A stretch of 63,535 nt of DNA, counting the filler, from Phoronis australis (lineage: Eukaryota; Animalia; Phoronida), in the NCBI GenBank assembly GCA_002633005.1. It is 6 parts of 6 records of this genome, joined end to end, with 100 filler letters (N's around TTAATTAATTAA, not from the genome) between each part and the next. Parts side by side here need not be neighbours in the genome. Positions count along the whole stretch, not along the records: positions 1 to 17,722 come from NMRA01000040.1; 5 more parts are not named here. One strand, 5' to 3'. Both the position numbers and the translations under genes were made by a program. Of the stretch, positions 1 through 14,779 are shown piece by piece. The notes under the pieces are model-generated. The model saw only the letters and a program-made list of their open reading frames with translations. It searched no databases and had not been told where the DNA came from. The stretch's first letter is position 1. The number at the start of each line of letters is the position of its first letter.

Positions 1-400
1 GCTGCATTCAGGTTGGTTTAGCTTCTATTGAACTAGACTGCAGCCTATTTCTTAATGATTTATGACATCTAAATTTGTCATATGAATGTTATGATGTTCT
101 TCATCATGGCCACCACCATCATCATATTCGTCATCTTCGTCATCATCTCCGACGTCGTCTTTTCTTCAGTTAATTTCGCCAAGTGTCGCTGAAGACTGTA
201 GCCTATTTCTTAGTGATTTCTGACCTCTATGTTCGTTATATGAATGATATCATAACTAGGGTTGTCCATTATCGCCACCATCATCGTCATAGCTGTCATC
301 TTCGTCATCATCTCTGTCGTCGTCTTTTCTCGTCCTCTCGAACGTGTTTTTTTTTGGTTAATTTCGCCAAGTTTCGCTCCTCAGAGCGCTTTCATTTCAT
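1..400 (+). mobile_element. 3' end of another copy of the 33632-34905 family
   Basis: Aligns by eye to 34532-34900, including two (CATCAT/CGT)-rich units that end in ATTTCGCCAAGT. Confidence 0.8.
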
Positions 401-2074
401 TTCATTACTTAGTTACAAAATATGGAGTGTACGCATGAGATTTAGAGGTCTGCTTACTTTCAATTGGTAAATTTACTCCAGAATTCCAAGGAAACCTTAA
501 GTGATACAAACACCCCCACGGGATACAATGCCAATGTTCCCCTGCTTTTAGATACACTACTAAGATTCGTTGAAAGTTAAGTGCAGTAATGCAACCAAGC
601 AAAGTAAATTATTCCTAGTAAATATTTTCCTTGAAAAATACACGGGATTCTTGCCACCAATTTTCACATGAGAACAACCCTTTTGGTGTTTACACAAGGC
701 GCACTTGCCACAGCGCAATTTGGCACGGCGAGAATTGCTCCACTTCAGTTGCATTTACGCTATATTATTTCAATCTATTTTATCCCATACTTAGTCAGCA
801 TGCCAGTCAAATTATACAAAGAAAGTCTACCATAGACAACGTCCAACGCAACGATCACACATGTACCGTATGTACACCTTTGCACTAGCCAGTGCAACAG
901 AGATGATCTTGCTTTGCTCTAGTTAGTATTTAGAGGTGCTGTTGACCCTGGAGCTAGTAATCGAGTGCAACTTTCTGTACCTCTCAAAAATTATGTCAGT
1001 TAGCTCCAAGTCAGTTGTATTTACACTGATACTTGTGCCCAATCGGCTGTTCTGTATGAGCTGCTTGTAAATGCGGCTTTTGATATGAAGCTTAAGTGTG
1101 TAATGTTGTTTTGCTTTACCAGGTATACATTATCTGTTAGTGATGTTGACTTAATTTTTCTAAAAATACTGATTCAAACTCAATATTGTTACAAGCATTT
1201 TGAAGCAGGTTTCCAAACCAACTGTGCAGAAATCTCAATTTTTTCCACAAATTTAAACTTGAACTTTAAATAATGGTTAGACCGACTATGCCTCTTGCTT
1301 GTTGTCAGTATTCTGTAGCATTCAGTAGCAGCTCAAAATCTTGCTATTTCATTTAATGTTTCACACTGATATGATTTAGTATTGTGTGATTATATTTGTA
1401 ATAATTTCCCTGGATAGATGACAGGCACTGGCTGTAACTGATAGCACAGTCTAGGGGCTGTTAATGAGCTTTGTACAAAGTGAAATATCACATGATTATT
1501 GCTTTCCCTCCCAGGTGATGATCGGGAGGATAATATTTACATCAATTACCTGCACTTGGTGATATATGGACTTTCCCTGCAGTAAATCAGCTACTGCTTC
1601 ATTAGTTAACCAGGAAATTAATTCAGCGAAGTTATCACAAGTGGGTGCTAATGTTACCGTCACCCTTTTTCGAGTATGGATGGTGATTTACATTGTAAAG
1701 AATCCAGCAAACACATTAATAAACTGACACTGATACTTCCAAAATAGCAAATATTATGACGACATAATATTAATAGTTATTAACCAGTCACTGCCTGTTG
1801 TAGACATATGCAGCGACCCCTGTTGATAACTCCAGAGGCATCAAAGAAATAATGTGTTCTCATTATCTAAAACTTCTACAACAGCGAAACTTTGCAGCCA
1901 GTGGGAAAGAACTTAGTGGTAAATCACTAGAGAAACTCCACTGATTTGTTGTGATATCCCAGCCTGTCTACAGATGTTGCTTGCTGCTGCTAAGAATTTA
2001 AGAAAGTCATTAAAGCTCTGCATTTCATCCTCTTTATCTGAGTGAAAAAATGAGAATTGAAGTACGCCTTTTAT

Positions 2075-2390
2075 CATGCACGCACCCTAGGGGCTCTGGG
2101 GGCTTGAATGAGTCTTCCATTTGGCGAAGTGGGTAAAAAGGTCCGCCTCAGAGAAACAAAAAATCCGAAAAAGCAGAAAACAAGACAAAAGTCCACTAAA
2201 AAATCAGGAACTACCAAAATTGGGCAAATGCACAATTCATAGCTCTGAACGTACCACATTTTAATTTTTTATTTCTTTTATTTTATAGTTTTTGTAAAAA
2301 TTAATGTCCTCGTTTTCTTTTTTCTTGGTAGAAAGGTCCACATTCTCAAAAATTCGAGCCCATCATTTTTTTAGGCGGGGTGTGCGCATG
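2075..2390. mobile_element. MITE with CATGCRCRCACCC TIRs
   Basis: Terminal inverted repeats; an inverted homolog lies at 20639-20891. Confidence 0.7.
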
Positions 2391-2760
2391 TTTATTGTCA
2401 TCAATTGGTTTCATTTGTTCCTTACCACGATGGGATAGTATTCCCATAACCAACTTACCTTGGGGTAAGTCCTGCATCCCTTTCCGAATTGGTGATGTCA
2501 GGCTATTGGCTATATATAACCCAATAAACTCTGAAGCGTTTTTTAAAGTTGTTGATGGTTTCAGTATTCATGTTGATAACAGAAATAAAATGTGATCATG
2601 ATAAACGGTATTTTGACACTAATTTCGTGAGAATAAATGGTACAGTTTGACTTTTGTTTTTTATCCAGCTAAACAGCATAACTCAGTTGTGATTACAATT
2701 GATGAATACATACACACATACATGGCTGTACTTCGGGAGCAAGTTTTCAGTTATACAGAA

Positions 2761-2840
2761 TTTCTTCTGTATAAAAAAACATACATACATACATACATAC
2801 ATTTCTTCTGTATAAAAAACATACATACATACATACATAC
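2761..2840. repeat. (ATAC)n microsatellite within a roughly 40-bp tandem duplication
   Basis: TTTCTTCTGTATAAAAAA(A)C(ATAC)5 occurs twice. Confidence 0.9.
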
Positions 2841-2943
2841 GACTTCATCTTTATTTAAACTCGTGCATTCATAAATGCAAACATTAGCCAAAGGGTAGCC
2901 CGATGATGCATAGTATTAACTTGATATTACAAAATAAATATAG

Positions 2944-3073
2944 GTTATACAACATACGTGTTTGTACCAGTGGTTATTATATTGAGATTCGTGATATGTA
3001 AATGAATTTGAACGAGTTCGTATCACGAATCGAGATATAATATCACACTGGTACAAACAGGTACGTTGTATAA
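2944..3073. repeat. Hairpin of about 130 bp
   Basis: GTTATACAAC..TGTTTGTACCAGTG..ATTCGTGATA mirrored by TATCACGAAT..CACTGGTACAAACA..GTTGTATAAC. Confidence 0.75.
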
Positions 3074-4019
3074 CATATTTATCCTTATGTGCCCCATTGA
3101 GGATTATTTAAAGAAGCTGGTTTTCACAGATTGTTCCGCTTGTTTTGGTGCCGTTTGTCATCTTTTATCAATGATGATCGCAGATCGCATGACACGTATA
3201 CGTGCACGCAAAAGTTTTATGAATGAATTTTTTGCAGCCTGCATGACACGGCAGTCAAGTTGTATTTTACAGCAGCTACAGGCTTGGGGTGCATATCTAC
3301 TATTTTTGGTATTTTCGTCAGAGTTCGAGCTAGATATGTTAAAGTTTGCCGACATTTCTGAAGATTTTTTGTGACTTCGTTGAGTAATTTATGCGGAGGA
3401 TTTGTGGCTGATGCATGTTCAGACGCTTCTTTAAAATGGTCCTTGTGCGCGGTTCTTATCATTTTTAGATAGAAAGTATTCCGAAATTTATCGTAAAATT
3501 GACAAAAATACAATGTTTACAGAAGTGGCCGCAACGAATTTAAAAATTGACTCATATTTGACCATAAAGCACCTAAATTGGTGTAGTGCAATGGGTGACC
3601 AAAAGTAGGCAATTGCATTTCGCAAGGGTAGCAGCCAGTGGGAAACGCCGAGGGAGGGAAATAGCTCACCTAAGTGTGAACCGAGTGTTCATCGCAAGAG
3701 ACAGGAATACTTCTTGAAGAGACCGTGTTCAAAGCTTCAATCAGAATTTCTGCCACTGTCAGATTTTAGTAGGCAAGGTGTGCGGCTGCGAGATTCTTTC
3801 CCCATGCAGTAAAAATTTCTTTCCACTTAGAACATTTGACACTGCCGTAACACAAAGTACGTTTATACTGTTTTACAGTGAAAACTAAGAATGCACTTAA
3901 AATATTGTATAGCTCACAAAGTATATAGATCTATTTACGAAAGTTGCATCATAAATGTACATAATGAGGTAGAAAGCCTGAGATACCTGTATGAAGACTA
4001 TCTTCAACATACAGCTAGG

Positions 4020-4260
4020 TAGCCATGTGTGGACTGCTCCGTCAGACACCGAAATTTTACACAACCCAGGTGCTCAGTTCATCACCTCGTCGTGAAACTT
4101 AGACCTAACATTACCTGCTGAGGTGCATGCAGAATTACAGCTGTTGATAGAAGTAAAACAAATCTAATAAACATTATTTTTTGTAATTCTCCGCCTTTTG
4201 TAACAAAGGAAAATCTGTCTTCGTTTTGAAAACAGTGCATTCTTGTGACACGCGCACGTA
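4020..4260 (+). repeat. Dispersed repeat fragment related to about 11690-11960
   Basis: Shared blocks CTCCGT.AGAC..GAAATTT.ACACA.CCC.GGT and TAAT.CTCCGCC.TTTTGTAACAAA. Confidence 0.6.
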
Positions 4261-5611
4261 AGCACCATTTCCTGAAATTTTGCGATATTTCGAGAGTTTG
4301 TTCTGAAATTGGGTTATCTGGTATTAAAACTTGTAACGAAATGAAACCACTTCCAGTTTTTACGTCATGTACGCAACCTCACAGATTATTGAAGATCATG
4401 GAAATTGGCCAATAGGTGACGCAAATGGCGCCCAAAAGTGCATCGCAATTTTAGCAGCAGAATAACTGAAGAACGCCAATTTTCCAACACCGGAGTAAAT
4501 AATTTAGTTTACTCAAGGAAGATTAAACATTTTTTAATGAGGCATCATTAATTTTGGCGGCGACACAGAGGCCCGATGACTTATATACGCGACAGAAGCT
4601 AGAGGGAGTGAAATTAAGTCGACAGAGTGACATCACCGAGGCCGTTGAACCGACCGACTGACATCACCAAGGCCAGTACGAAACTGGCTACACTCCTTCT
4701 GCGTCCGCATAAAAAGGGCCCGAGAGAAAAAATAGAACACCTTGAATCCAAATAGGGGCCGGTGCAATACCTGGGACCAAGGAGGTGCCAAAATGGGCGC
4801 AACGAAGATCTGTAGTGGGGCGGGGCAGACGGAGTTTGTGCAAACGATGCATTTCATATAATAGAATGTTTCTACCAGTTGTAGTGTATTGTGTGCACAG
4901 GAGGGAATTTTGGTGAGAAAGAAGGCATCCATATTCAATGCGCGTTGAATACGGAAAAGTAGTTCTTCCATATCAAACCTCACAATCCGACCGCTATTTC
5001 ATTCCCATATTGTCACGCGTATAGGATAACACGGAGTATTTACAAATGTGCTGGGAGTAGTTACAAAAACATACATGAGGCAGTGCAATCTAGATAATGC
5101 AGGTATTGAAAGTATAGTGAGGTAAAATAGAAAAAAAGATCTGTTTAGATAGATAATGACTATGTTGAGATACGTGAAAAGGATTCCGTGTACCCGATTG
5201 TTGTGTACACTCAGTTAAAAAGCTCATATATACAACTTGGACAGTGTAGACAAGGATGAAGATGTGAAAGAGTTCTACGGTATTATTTTTGAGATTTTGT
5301 TTTATTTGAAGTTTTGAAAATGTTAGATAGGTAAGTACATTTTTATTTCAAGTACAGTTTTCGAGGAATACAAAATTTATTTTGATAATTTTCTCCTCCA
5401 AACTGAGTCGTAATCAATGATTGTTTGAGGGTTGCTTGATTGCACTGCAGGTGTGGGAATGCCTCAAGATTTACAGTGGAATACAGAAGTAATCCAACGA
5501 AATATTGGTTCTGGTCATGACAAACCAAATTGTCACAGTGTGCAGCACTACCTTGCGATTACTTCACCTATGTAATAGCATCACCTACTGTTTACTTCGA
5601 TGACCGTTAAA

Positions 5612-6093
5612 CAGGCCTTTATCCAGGATTTTGAAAATAAGATGTCCAAAATGGGGTTCCCAATATTCCAGGGCGTCCATGATTCCGACGCATAACCCCC
5701 CACCCCCAGCAATACCCCCAAACATGCAGATTTTTTTACAAAAAAATGCATAGATCAAGGTTTTTACATCTAAGTTTATAAAACAGCCTTCTATGGTGAG
5801 CATTTTTACTAAAAAAACTGTAGACCAAGACTTTTACAATACTGTCAATCAAGTGTCAAAATAGCAACAATGCATATATTTCGTATATACATTGTATATT
5901 TCGTCCTGCTTTGAAAAAGAGCCCCCACTGTGAGCCTTCAGAGGCTTCCTAGTAATCATTACAATGTGTGAGTCCAAACTTGAAAGGTTCCTATTGACAG
6001 TGGGCCTCCAAATGATAGATTGGGCGTCCTTGTATCCAGATTAGTGCTAGGGTGTCCATTTGGATGCCCAGGATGTACCTGCATAAAGGCCTG
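5612..6093. mobile_element. hAT-type MITE, about 480 bp
   Basis: 16-bp TIR CAGGCCTTTAT(C/G)CAGG; degenerate 8-bp TSD ccgttaaa/ccgtgaac; two more copies in the window. Confidence 0.85.
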
Positions 6094-9000
6094 CCGTGAA
6101 CTACTGAAGCCAGTATGAATGGTTTAGTTAACTTCGCAGTTTACGTCGACGCTCCGCTCAAAGCGCAGTTAAGTCAAGGCCTTGATAGTTGTGAATGAAG
6201 GCTTAATTAGCCAGCCGCCATGACACGCACGGGATACTAGGACGGTTGTCACATAGATATCGGTAGATAGGCGTATCCATTGTTCACTTTGATTTTTCTT
6301 TCTTATAATAAAAATAACGTTAAGTATTTATCGCCATCCGCTGATGTGTGCCCAAGGTACAATATCGGTGCGACCAGCATTGTTACATTATCCAATAAAA
6401 ATGCAACAAAGAAAAACAATGGTAACATCCCAATTAGGCGATAACCATGCGACACGCTTACGCCTTTCGCACTGGATCTCGCAAGAAAACAAAAGCTTGC
6501 GAAATCCATGTGATATCATTTGGCATCAGGGCTGGGAATTCTGTGTCATTTTGTCTTCAGGAATATAGTTTTGCTTGTAGTGCCTTCTACTTGTAATTGC
6601 CCTAATGAAATCCCCTGTCAGTGATTTGCTGTGATCTTAATCACATTTATTGACCCAAATGTCTAGTTAAATGACTGATCTCTTGCTTATGGATTTTTAA
6701 ATTTGCCTCGTTATAAGACATGCATGTTGTTTGTCTTCATTCATTCTGTCTGATCTATTGCATATGTTTGCTTGATTCATGCCATTATAGGGTGATAATG
6801 TTGTTTGTCTTCGTGCTGTCAAGAGCTCTCTCATTGCTTGCTCTTGCTCTCTGAGTGCAAAATAGTTTTCTTTAGTCATTAGATGCTGCGGATTATTGAT
6901 TTTTTGTTATTCGGTGTCTCCTCAGGTGAAATTTGAGGTTTACGTTTTGATCAGTCTTCTGGATGCATGTAACAATTGTAACTGGGATGTCTGAATGTAA
7001 GTTTTGTGTTCTTCACAGATTCCGTGAATTACCACTGGGCATCTACATAAAGTGTAAATTTCTTAAAAAATATAAACCGTGAATTATGATGAAAAAGTTT
7101 CAGCTAGTAATGAGTGTGAGAGATTTGGAAATGACAATTGAACTTTTTCTTTTGAACCTTTGGCAGATCTCGGATATAATGAGGGACTAACATTTTTCAT
7201 TGCACGATTCTGCTCTTCCCTTTAACATGCACTCTCACAGAAGTGCACACCTGGGATTAGCCGTAACATAATAAATGTCAAATGTTTTTCATGTCCTTTT
7301 ACTGTTTATTTTGTCAGTAGCCTAGGGAGGTTTCATCCCTGGCCCTGAGCCAGCTCTAAATTCATATATTGGTCTGTACCCCATCAGGTTTTCCCAATAG
7401 TTTCCACATACATGCAACTCTGTTGAAAGTTCAGTTTAAAGTATACCCATTACACTGGAACCCCGTTGTTTCTGAAGTAAGTAAAATCTTGATAATCACC
7501 TGTTAGGATCTGTCCTGCTTTGTTCAAACCCCCTTCTCTAATCACATAATCCAATCATTGGTTATTTATGCATGTCTAAAGGCTCTTTCATACTAATAGG
7601 AGTGGAACATCCATGTTAACTGTGAACTAATTGAATCGCTCATATCAGCTTCGGTAGATAACGACATCGAAGTAATCATAAGGTAGCGCTATTTATGCAT
7701 CCCGTGCATGGTATGTTTTTTATGGTACAATTTGAGAAAATTTACGTGTGCTAATTGACATAAAACTTATTTCAAATTAGATTGGTGATAATTCGAGCAA
7801 AATATAAGCAAATGTTAGTGACAACACTGCCGTTTAATTATTGACCATAGTAGTTGCCCCTGGTGATATTACTTCAAGGAGACCAAAGTTAATGGTTCAT
7901 ACCACACTGCAGTGTCGACTCTGCTTTAAAATCCACCTGTTAACTGCGAAGTTAACTGAGGTTGTTAACTTCGATCCAGCACCGAAGTTAACCTTCCGTA
8001 TTAATCACAATTCCCCAAAACAACTACGCATTGACAGTAATAAGAAAGCGGGGCCTATAGGTTTATTTTGTTAGATATGGAATGTTAATTGTTTCTATGT
8101 GGCAGTTTGGGACAATGTAGCTGAAAATCCTAAAAATGAAAAAAAAAATATGTTGTAAGCCAAACCGCCGTCTCAGAGGCCGTCGTTGTTGCACTCATTG
8201 TTATCATCAATCTTTACCTCAGGCTCTAATAATTCAGACACTCGACTTTCTTTTGTAATGGTTTGTACGGCCAGTTTTGTCTCTTATTAATTCGGAATGC
8301 GAAACTCTCAACACTAGTGTAGGAACTATTAGAGAAAACACAGTAATCACCCATCCACTGCTTTTGAATATTTTTGCCCTGACTTTTAAAAATATGATGA
8401 AAGTTAATATACCCCTTAATGTCAATTAGTTTAGTAATTTTGTGTATTTATACATAATGACTGTTTAATAGGGAATGCCATTATTTTTTAAATGCCATTT
8501 GATTGTGCAGTTTGCTGGATTCTTTGTTCGTTTCATCACATATGGTACGATTCTGTTGTGTACTTTCTTGTCCTTTTAACATTTGTTGTGACAACATTAC
8601 TTTAAAAAATGTAACAGTTGTCTTTGTCTCGAAATATCTGTGTAACTTTCAACAGCCCTTCTTCTATGGATCCCTGTCGATGAAGTGACGTATTTGCACA
8701 TGTGTAGATATTGGTTCCTGTTCCTGTGTCTAATTTCGTTCATGACTTATGGGGCCCATGATACACGTTTGACATTTTCCAATGCAATATTTTGGCAAAA
8801 CCGTTGTCAACTCTGATTCCTGTAAGAACTAGAACTTGAGAAATTATAAAGGTAAGCTGTCAAAACCTGAATCCAATAATCGCCATTTTATAATGAAGTT
8901 TTTGACCGGATTAGGAGACAATTAGAATGCCCAACAGAGGGCGCATCACGTAAACCGACTGGTCTTGTGGTCTTAACAGTAAGATCAAGCAATTTAAACA

Positions 9001-10159
9001 GTCGAGGAATAATTGCTTATGTAAGGTGTACACACGGAGACGTACCGACTTGAGCCGATTGGGATACATGCACTTGAAGTGAGTCAATCTGGAATTAGTG
9101 TAAATGGAGCATTAGTTTTTTCTAAGTGGTTTATCATTACAACAAGCAAACAATATTTAAGTCAGTGTAATAGCAATGAGCTTTGAAGGTGGTTAATGTT
9201 CAATTGATTTTTAGATAATAAATTTCAAATAATGTTTGAATGAAAACAGCATCCACTGTCCTACTTCAAGTGTTGATTTTTATGGCAAAGAATATTGATT
9301 AGTGCTACTTCATCTAGAAGCCATATTTTATAATGATTATGATAAGGACAATTAGTTACTATCACCAGATGTTTTTGCTCAGCCGGCTTACGGCATGCGT
9401 ATCTGGAGATTCTTCAGCGCTCAGAGTAAAGGAACATTATGCTAATGTTATCATCACTTGCCATATGGTGAAATTATGAAATTTTATTTGGAATAATTTT
9501 GAATGTATATACATATATATATGGGTTATGATGTCATCCCCAATGTGGTGCCCATGTAGCATGTGCTGCTCTATCTCCTATACACTTGAATGGATATTTG
9601 TGAGATTTACATTCGTGTTCCGATCATCATCAGACAGCTTGGGGAATTTTTCTGATGGATTTTACTACTCAGCTGCACCCCCTAGAGGAAGTTGTGGATT
9701 TGAGTATGTTTGGAGTTAAAGAGCGTGTTCACAAATTGCACTTACAAAATGTGTCACTCAAATGGATTACTTTTTCAAAAATTGCCAAAAAAGTTTGCTT
9801 TAAACTATATTGATTTGCCGTCAAATTTATATGAAATTTAAAATAGGTTCATGTGACTAGTACAGAAACAGATTTCAGGGTATCTTTCACAAGTATTCAC
9901 TTCTGTACAGGTTACATGGTTCTTAGGTTACCTGACTAAATCTGTATATACACAAGCAATGATTGTCTTGACACGAGTTATCACAGTGCGAGAGTCGCAT
10001 CACTTTACTTGCACTTACATGATGTTAGATGGCCAACTGCATCAGCATGAAACATTTACATGAAGACTGTCTGCCAATACTTGTGTAAACTATTATAGCT
10101 ATTAGGTCCAATCCATGTGGAATGCCAGTGGGTCACACTTTTATAGGCATTGCACAATA

Positions 10160-10309
10160 GTAGTAGAGATGATGATCCCAATTTTGCCTTGCCCCAGTAG
10201 CAGAGATGATGATCCCAATTTGGCCTTGCCCCAGTAGCAGAGATGATGATCCCAATTTGGCCTTGCCCCAGTAGCAGAGATGATGATCCCAATCTGGCCT
10301 TGCCCCAGT
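10160..10309. repeat. Minisatellite, four copies of a 37-bp unit
   Basis: Unit GTAGCAGAGATGATGATCCCAATTTGGCCTTGCCCCA, near-identical copies with no spacers. Confidence 0.95.
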
Positions 10310-13300
10310 TTTTGTTTAGTCACATTGACACTGTACCAACTGAGTGAGTACAACTTGTTCTACTTCTCAAACGAGTAAAAATGTCTTCCATTGGTCAGAT
10401 ATGACTCCCACAATGTCAAGTTGGTTCATGTTAGCAGTGCTTACAAACACTGCACTTCTTCAACTGTTCAATGTTAGCTATTCTGTGTGGAATGGCCTCT
10501 TCTAACTATGCCTAATGAACACATGGCACCCTCATCTTGCTGCATCTTCAGATAACTATAGCAGTTTCATTTATAATGAGCAAATTGAGCTTGTCACTGT
10601 CAATTTCCATTCAATTGAAAATATTTGCGGAGATGTGACTAATGTTAGCAATTGTATTTAATTGACATGAACAAGGAGTACTAGTAATATTTGATAACAC
10701 TTATGGCAATTGTTGCTATTAATTACAGTCATCGATGACCTTGACCTTTGGATGTTCTAATCAATACAAGCTAATTCTTCACTTATTTAGGTCACAATAT
10801 GGCCGACAAGTGAAATTCTATTTTATCAAAGTTTTCCACATAAATAAAGGTTAAAAGGTTTAGTCTATTGCAATCACGGTTTGAACTCAGTGTAGAAGTC
10901 TAAAAGCAAGTCCTGTTATTTTCCTTTGTTTTTAGTAAAGAAATCAGCTTGGGAAAACTACCAAGTTTGGCGATTATTTTTGCATGCTATGAACATTCCC
11001 ACTAAATAAAATTGGTTCTAACCCCGGTGGTTAAGGTAAACGGCGGGGTATGGAAAATTGAACTAGACCGTATTTATCCACCTTGGCTGAGTCGCACTCG
11101 GCTCACGATCAAAGGGATGCCGCCAGGCTGCTCTAGTCATCGAGTCACGAGCGAGGATAATTGGCTTCGCTCATGCGGATATGATCAGCTGATTACAATC
11201 TAGCTAGCAGACTGTACTTTTTATGGAGAGAGTTTTACGTAGTTTTTACTGTAATATTTGAAAAGAGGAGCGAAAACAAATATGAGTACAACTTTGAATT
11301 TTTCAAATCGGCCCAGGATAAGAGATTTTGCAACACAGCAACACTCACGATTACTTTCATTCGGCGCGCACTAATACAAAAATATAGGACCCAAGTTATT
11401 TAGATTTTGGAACACATGCATTGCAATATTCAAAATACTTTTATTATGAATCTTACAAGCTGTAAAACGACGTTGTTAATTTCATTGTGTTCATTCATTG
11501 TCATCCGTCAAATCGGCAATTTCCGAGATGTGATCTGCGGCGTGCGCGTATGTGTACAAAACACGTGATTGTTATGTTCCTGAAGTACGAAAATTAAGAA
11601 GGCTTTAACATGCCGTTATTATTGACAGGGACACGATAAAACGAATTTGGATTTTGACTATAGTCTTGATACAGCGATCTGACTGACCAATGCGTCAGTG
11701 TCTCCGTTAGACCCAGAAATTTCACACAGCCCGGGTAGTTCATTTCGTCCCCAACATGTAGATCGAGCCTTGGACTATTAATACTCCACGGCAGAGCTAA
11801 CGACAGTCGGCCTGTGCACACAAAATCTGTGAGTTAACCAGCACTCACCTTGCACGTTACAGCCGTTTAAGTGAAAAACAATCTAGTAAACGCCATTTTC
11901 TTGCATAATCCTCCGCCTTTTGTAACAAAAAAGTCTATCGTCGATGACCCGCACACGCACGCTCACTCACTCTCATACACAGACGACCTTCAAAACAAAC
12001 GTCACGTGACAACAACATGTGTGTTCATCCAGAGATTTTTCTCTTGTTGTGGAGTACGATGTAGCGCACATTTGGACTTAATCGCAATTAATCTGGACTC
12101 CACATGAACTTTAAAAATTGTAAAACATCAGGAAGATTTCAGGTAATTTGTTGAGTCGAAACTATATTTTTATTCAAGAGTACAAGTTTTCCTATTGACG
12201 ATGGCGATTCAGCGGCGACGCATCAGTCGGCAAGTTTTCGCCCTGTGATGAGCACAATTTTTTGAAAAATTATCGTAATTTAACAACGGAAGTTCATAGC
12301 AATGCACCACAATTTTGTAGAAAGACTGTCATAGGCTAAAAATTCGTCACAAAGCGTAAATTTTATGAATCCTAGCTTCCGATTTTACCCGTTTGGGAAA
12401 CCGGCTTTCAACTGCCGTAGGCTACAATAAGAATCCCCTCCCCGTGAAATGATTTTTTCTAAGCGTTTATTAGAGCCAATACAGTATACAGCTTTCCACC
12501 AAGGCTAGGTGATACTATGACATTATTCTTTGTTGCATTAGTAACTGGTCTTGGCTAATATTATCATTTTATGGCCTGGTCGTCCATTCAGCCAAAAGTA
12601 GTTCCAGAGGTGGCTTATCTGCCAATTATTCACGCATGCTGACTCACAATAGAAGCCTGATAAGAGTGAAGGTGGATAAATGCAGTGTTCCTACAGTTTC
12701 TTGTTTTAGTGGATGTGTTCACGACATGTGTAACAAATATGTGGAGAATTATTGAGGTTTTCTATTCATTTTGACGTTGATATCAAGTTTTTGTTGTCAT
12801 AAACTTAATACAAGTTTGAAATAATACGCAGCTCACCATTCATGCTAAAGGAGGCTCAGGTTTAAGCTGAAGAATTGAGCCTCTGTTGGACCATTATACA
12901 AGACTGTGTATTCAGCCTTAACTATGTATGTGTGTGTTCAGGTAAGAGGGTTCATCAAGTAAGCACAGTAGAACCCCAATAGAATTTGAATTTTGAATAA
13001 ATTGGGTCTCATGACTATGTCTTTTTGGTAAATTTAGCAAAGGACGATTGTACATTCATTACAAACCAACGGTGACCAAAATTACCAAATTTTTGTTTTG
13101 ATATGAAGTCACAATTTAGAACACTGTTACAGATTTCTAAATTATTTCATTTTGGTTTTTTGCAACTTCTGTTAGAATGTGTTTAGGACAGTTTTTCATG
13201 GTTTGTTAGTTTAGGCGTTTCCTTGTACACATTAAGTTTAAAGTTATCTATTATTGAGTGGAGACAACATTCTTGGTACATCTATCTACTTCTTCATGGA

Positions 13301-14261
13301 ATAGATCTTAGTTCATTATGTTTGTTTATGTTCCATTTCCTTGTTTTCTATAGATTTCAGTTGGCTTGATAGACCATCTATTATATTAGATGTTTGTGGA
13401 CTTAATGACACTGATAACCTGTTGTATTTTCATACCTGTAGCAGCTTAACTCTATAATCCTATTTAGCTGCCCCTATTGTTAAGTCTTGACTTGTATTTA
13501 CAATCATCCCAGCCCAAGCTTCTTCCCTATTGGTTAGTTTTCTATTTTGTGCACATTCTGATTGGTCTAATAGGTACATGTACACCAGAAGTTTTTAATA
13601 CATCATATAGAACACATGTGTTTTTCTCTAGGAACCACCTTGGGTTTTCTCCTTGCACAATAAAACACACATTACTTCAATTTTTTTCATCAAAATCATG
13701 AGAGTCTTTTTACACACATATTTGTTGTCACTGATAAACAGGTACAAAAAACCCCCAAAACATTCATCATATACACATGCACACCTCAGGAAAGACCATT
13801 CTCTTATAAAGTAAACAACTGCTACCTGGAGTTTAAGTGAACAACAAAAAGGCTAACCAAGTTTGGAAATTTTTGTAGGGTTCTTCATAACCTTAATATA
13901 GCTTGCTTGTGCATGATTTGGGGATGGCATTATTAGCTTAGTTCTTCAGACAACATCCCATATTACATAGGAAAAACTCCCTCGTATCAATGATAGCTTT
14001 CATCAGACAGGAAGTGGTCTTTGGTATGGACTTGTCATCAGTTGCGCAGCCGGCAGTTAGACAACACTGAATGTCGAAATTGTATACTAATAATAACCCT
14101 GGTGAGTACAATTTGTTGAGAAATATATTTGTGGAATACTTTCCAACTTGGTAAGAATAAAAGTTCGATCTGTCGCTGTATGCAGGAATTCTTCCTGACA
14201 TGTGATGACAGCTGGTGGTGGTGGTTACAATGTCAGACCGTCGAGACATGTTCAATCTTAA

Positions 14262-14445
14262 GAAGTCGGGGATGGGCGCTTAACCGAGAGGTGGGCGCTT
14301 AACCGAGAGGTGGGCGCTTAACCGAGAGGTGGGCGCTTAACTGGAAATCTTCAAAAACCGAGGAGTGGGCGGTTAAATCATAAATCCACCCAAAGTAAGG
14401 GATGGGCGGTTAAGTGAACATGGGCGTTAACCCGAATGTTTACGG
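14262..14445. mobile_element. Right end of the CCGTA-terminated Tc2/pogo-like family, with a 19-bp tandem repeat (GGGCGCTTAACCGAGAGGT)
   Basis: Matches 30895-31022 and ends TACGG-TA. Confidence 0.75.
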
Positions 14446-14779
14446 TACTTCAAGCTTGGAACACTATCTTTTGAATATATTATTTGACTCCTCTTGAAAC
14501 ATCAGGCAAATTGCTGATTTAGAACATCATAGGTGCTGCACTGAATTATGGGATGGATGACGACTAGACAGAAATTTTGTTCTGCCTCCCCGCACTTCAC
14601 CATTACCAGATAAATATTTAGTCAATGCAATATTTAGCATGACACTTCCTGGAAATAGCTGGCAAAGTTCAAGTACCAATAGGGGTTATGGATGTATTCT
14701 CAGATACTTTGATCTTTATCTAAACTGAGTTTCAGTTATTTTTCAAAAAAGGTTATGTGGAGCGTCAATCCAAGAGAAA

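Noticed and set aside
183-470. His/Arg-rich ORF
   Set aside because: Translation of (CAT/CGT) simple repeats in a HINE 3' end
5585-5803. Recurrent 'protein' MLTIEGCF...LEYWEPHFGH in three ORFs (also about 30300-30525 and 38822-39077)
   Set aside because: Chance translation of the non-coding hAT MITE; frames are not conserved between copies
10160-10309. 37-bp repeats of CRISPR-like length
   Set aside because: Units are head-to-tail with no unique spacers, there are no cas genes, and the context is eukaryotic; it is a minisatellite
11594-11821. PRLDLHVG resembling the TyrRS EMAP II start
   Set aside because: The true RLDLRVG exon is at 19210-19304; this region belongs to a dispersed repeat also seen near 4020-4260
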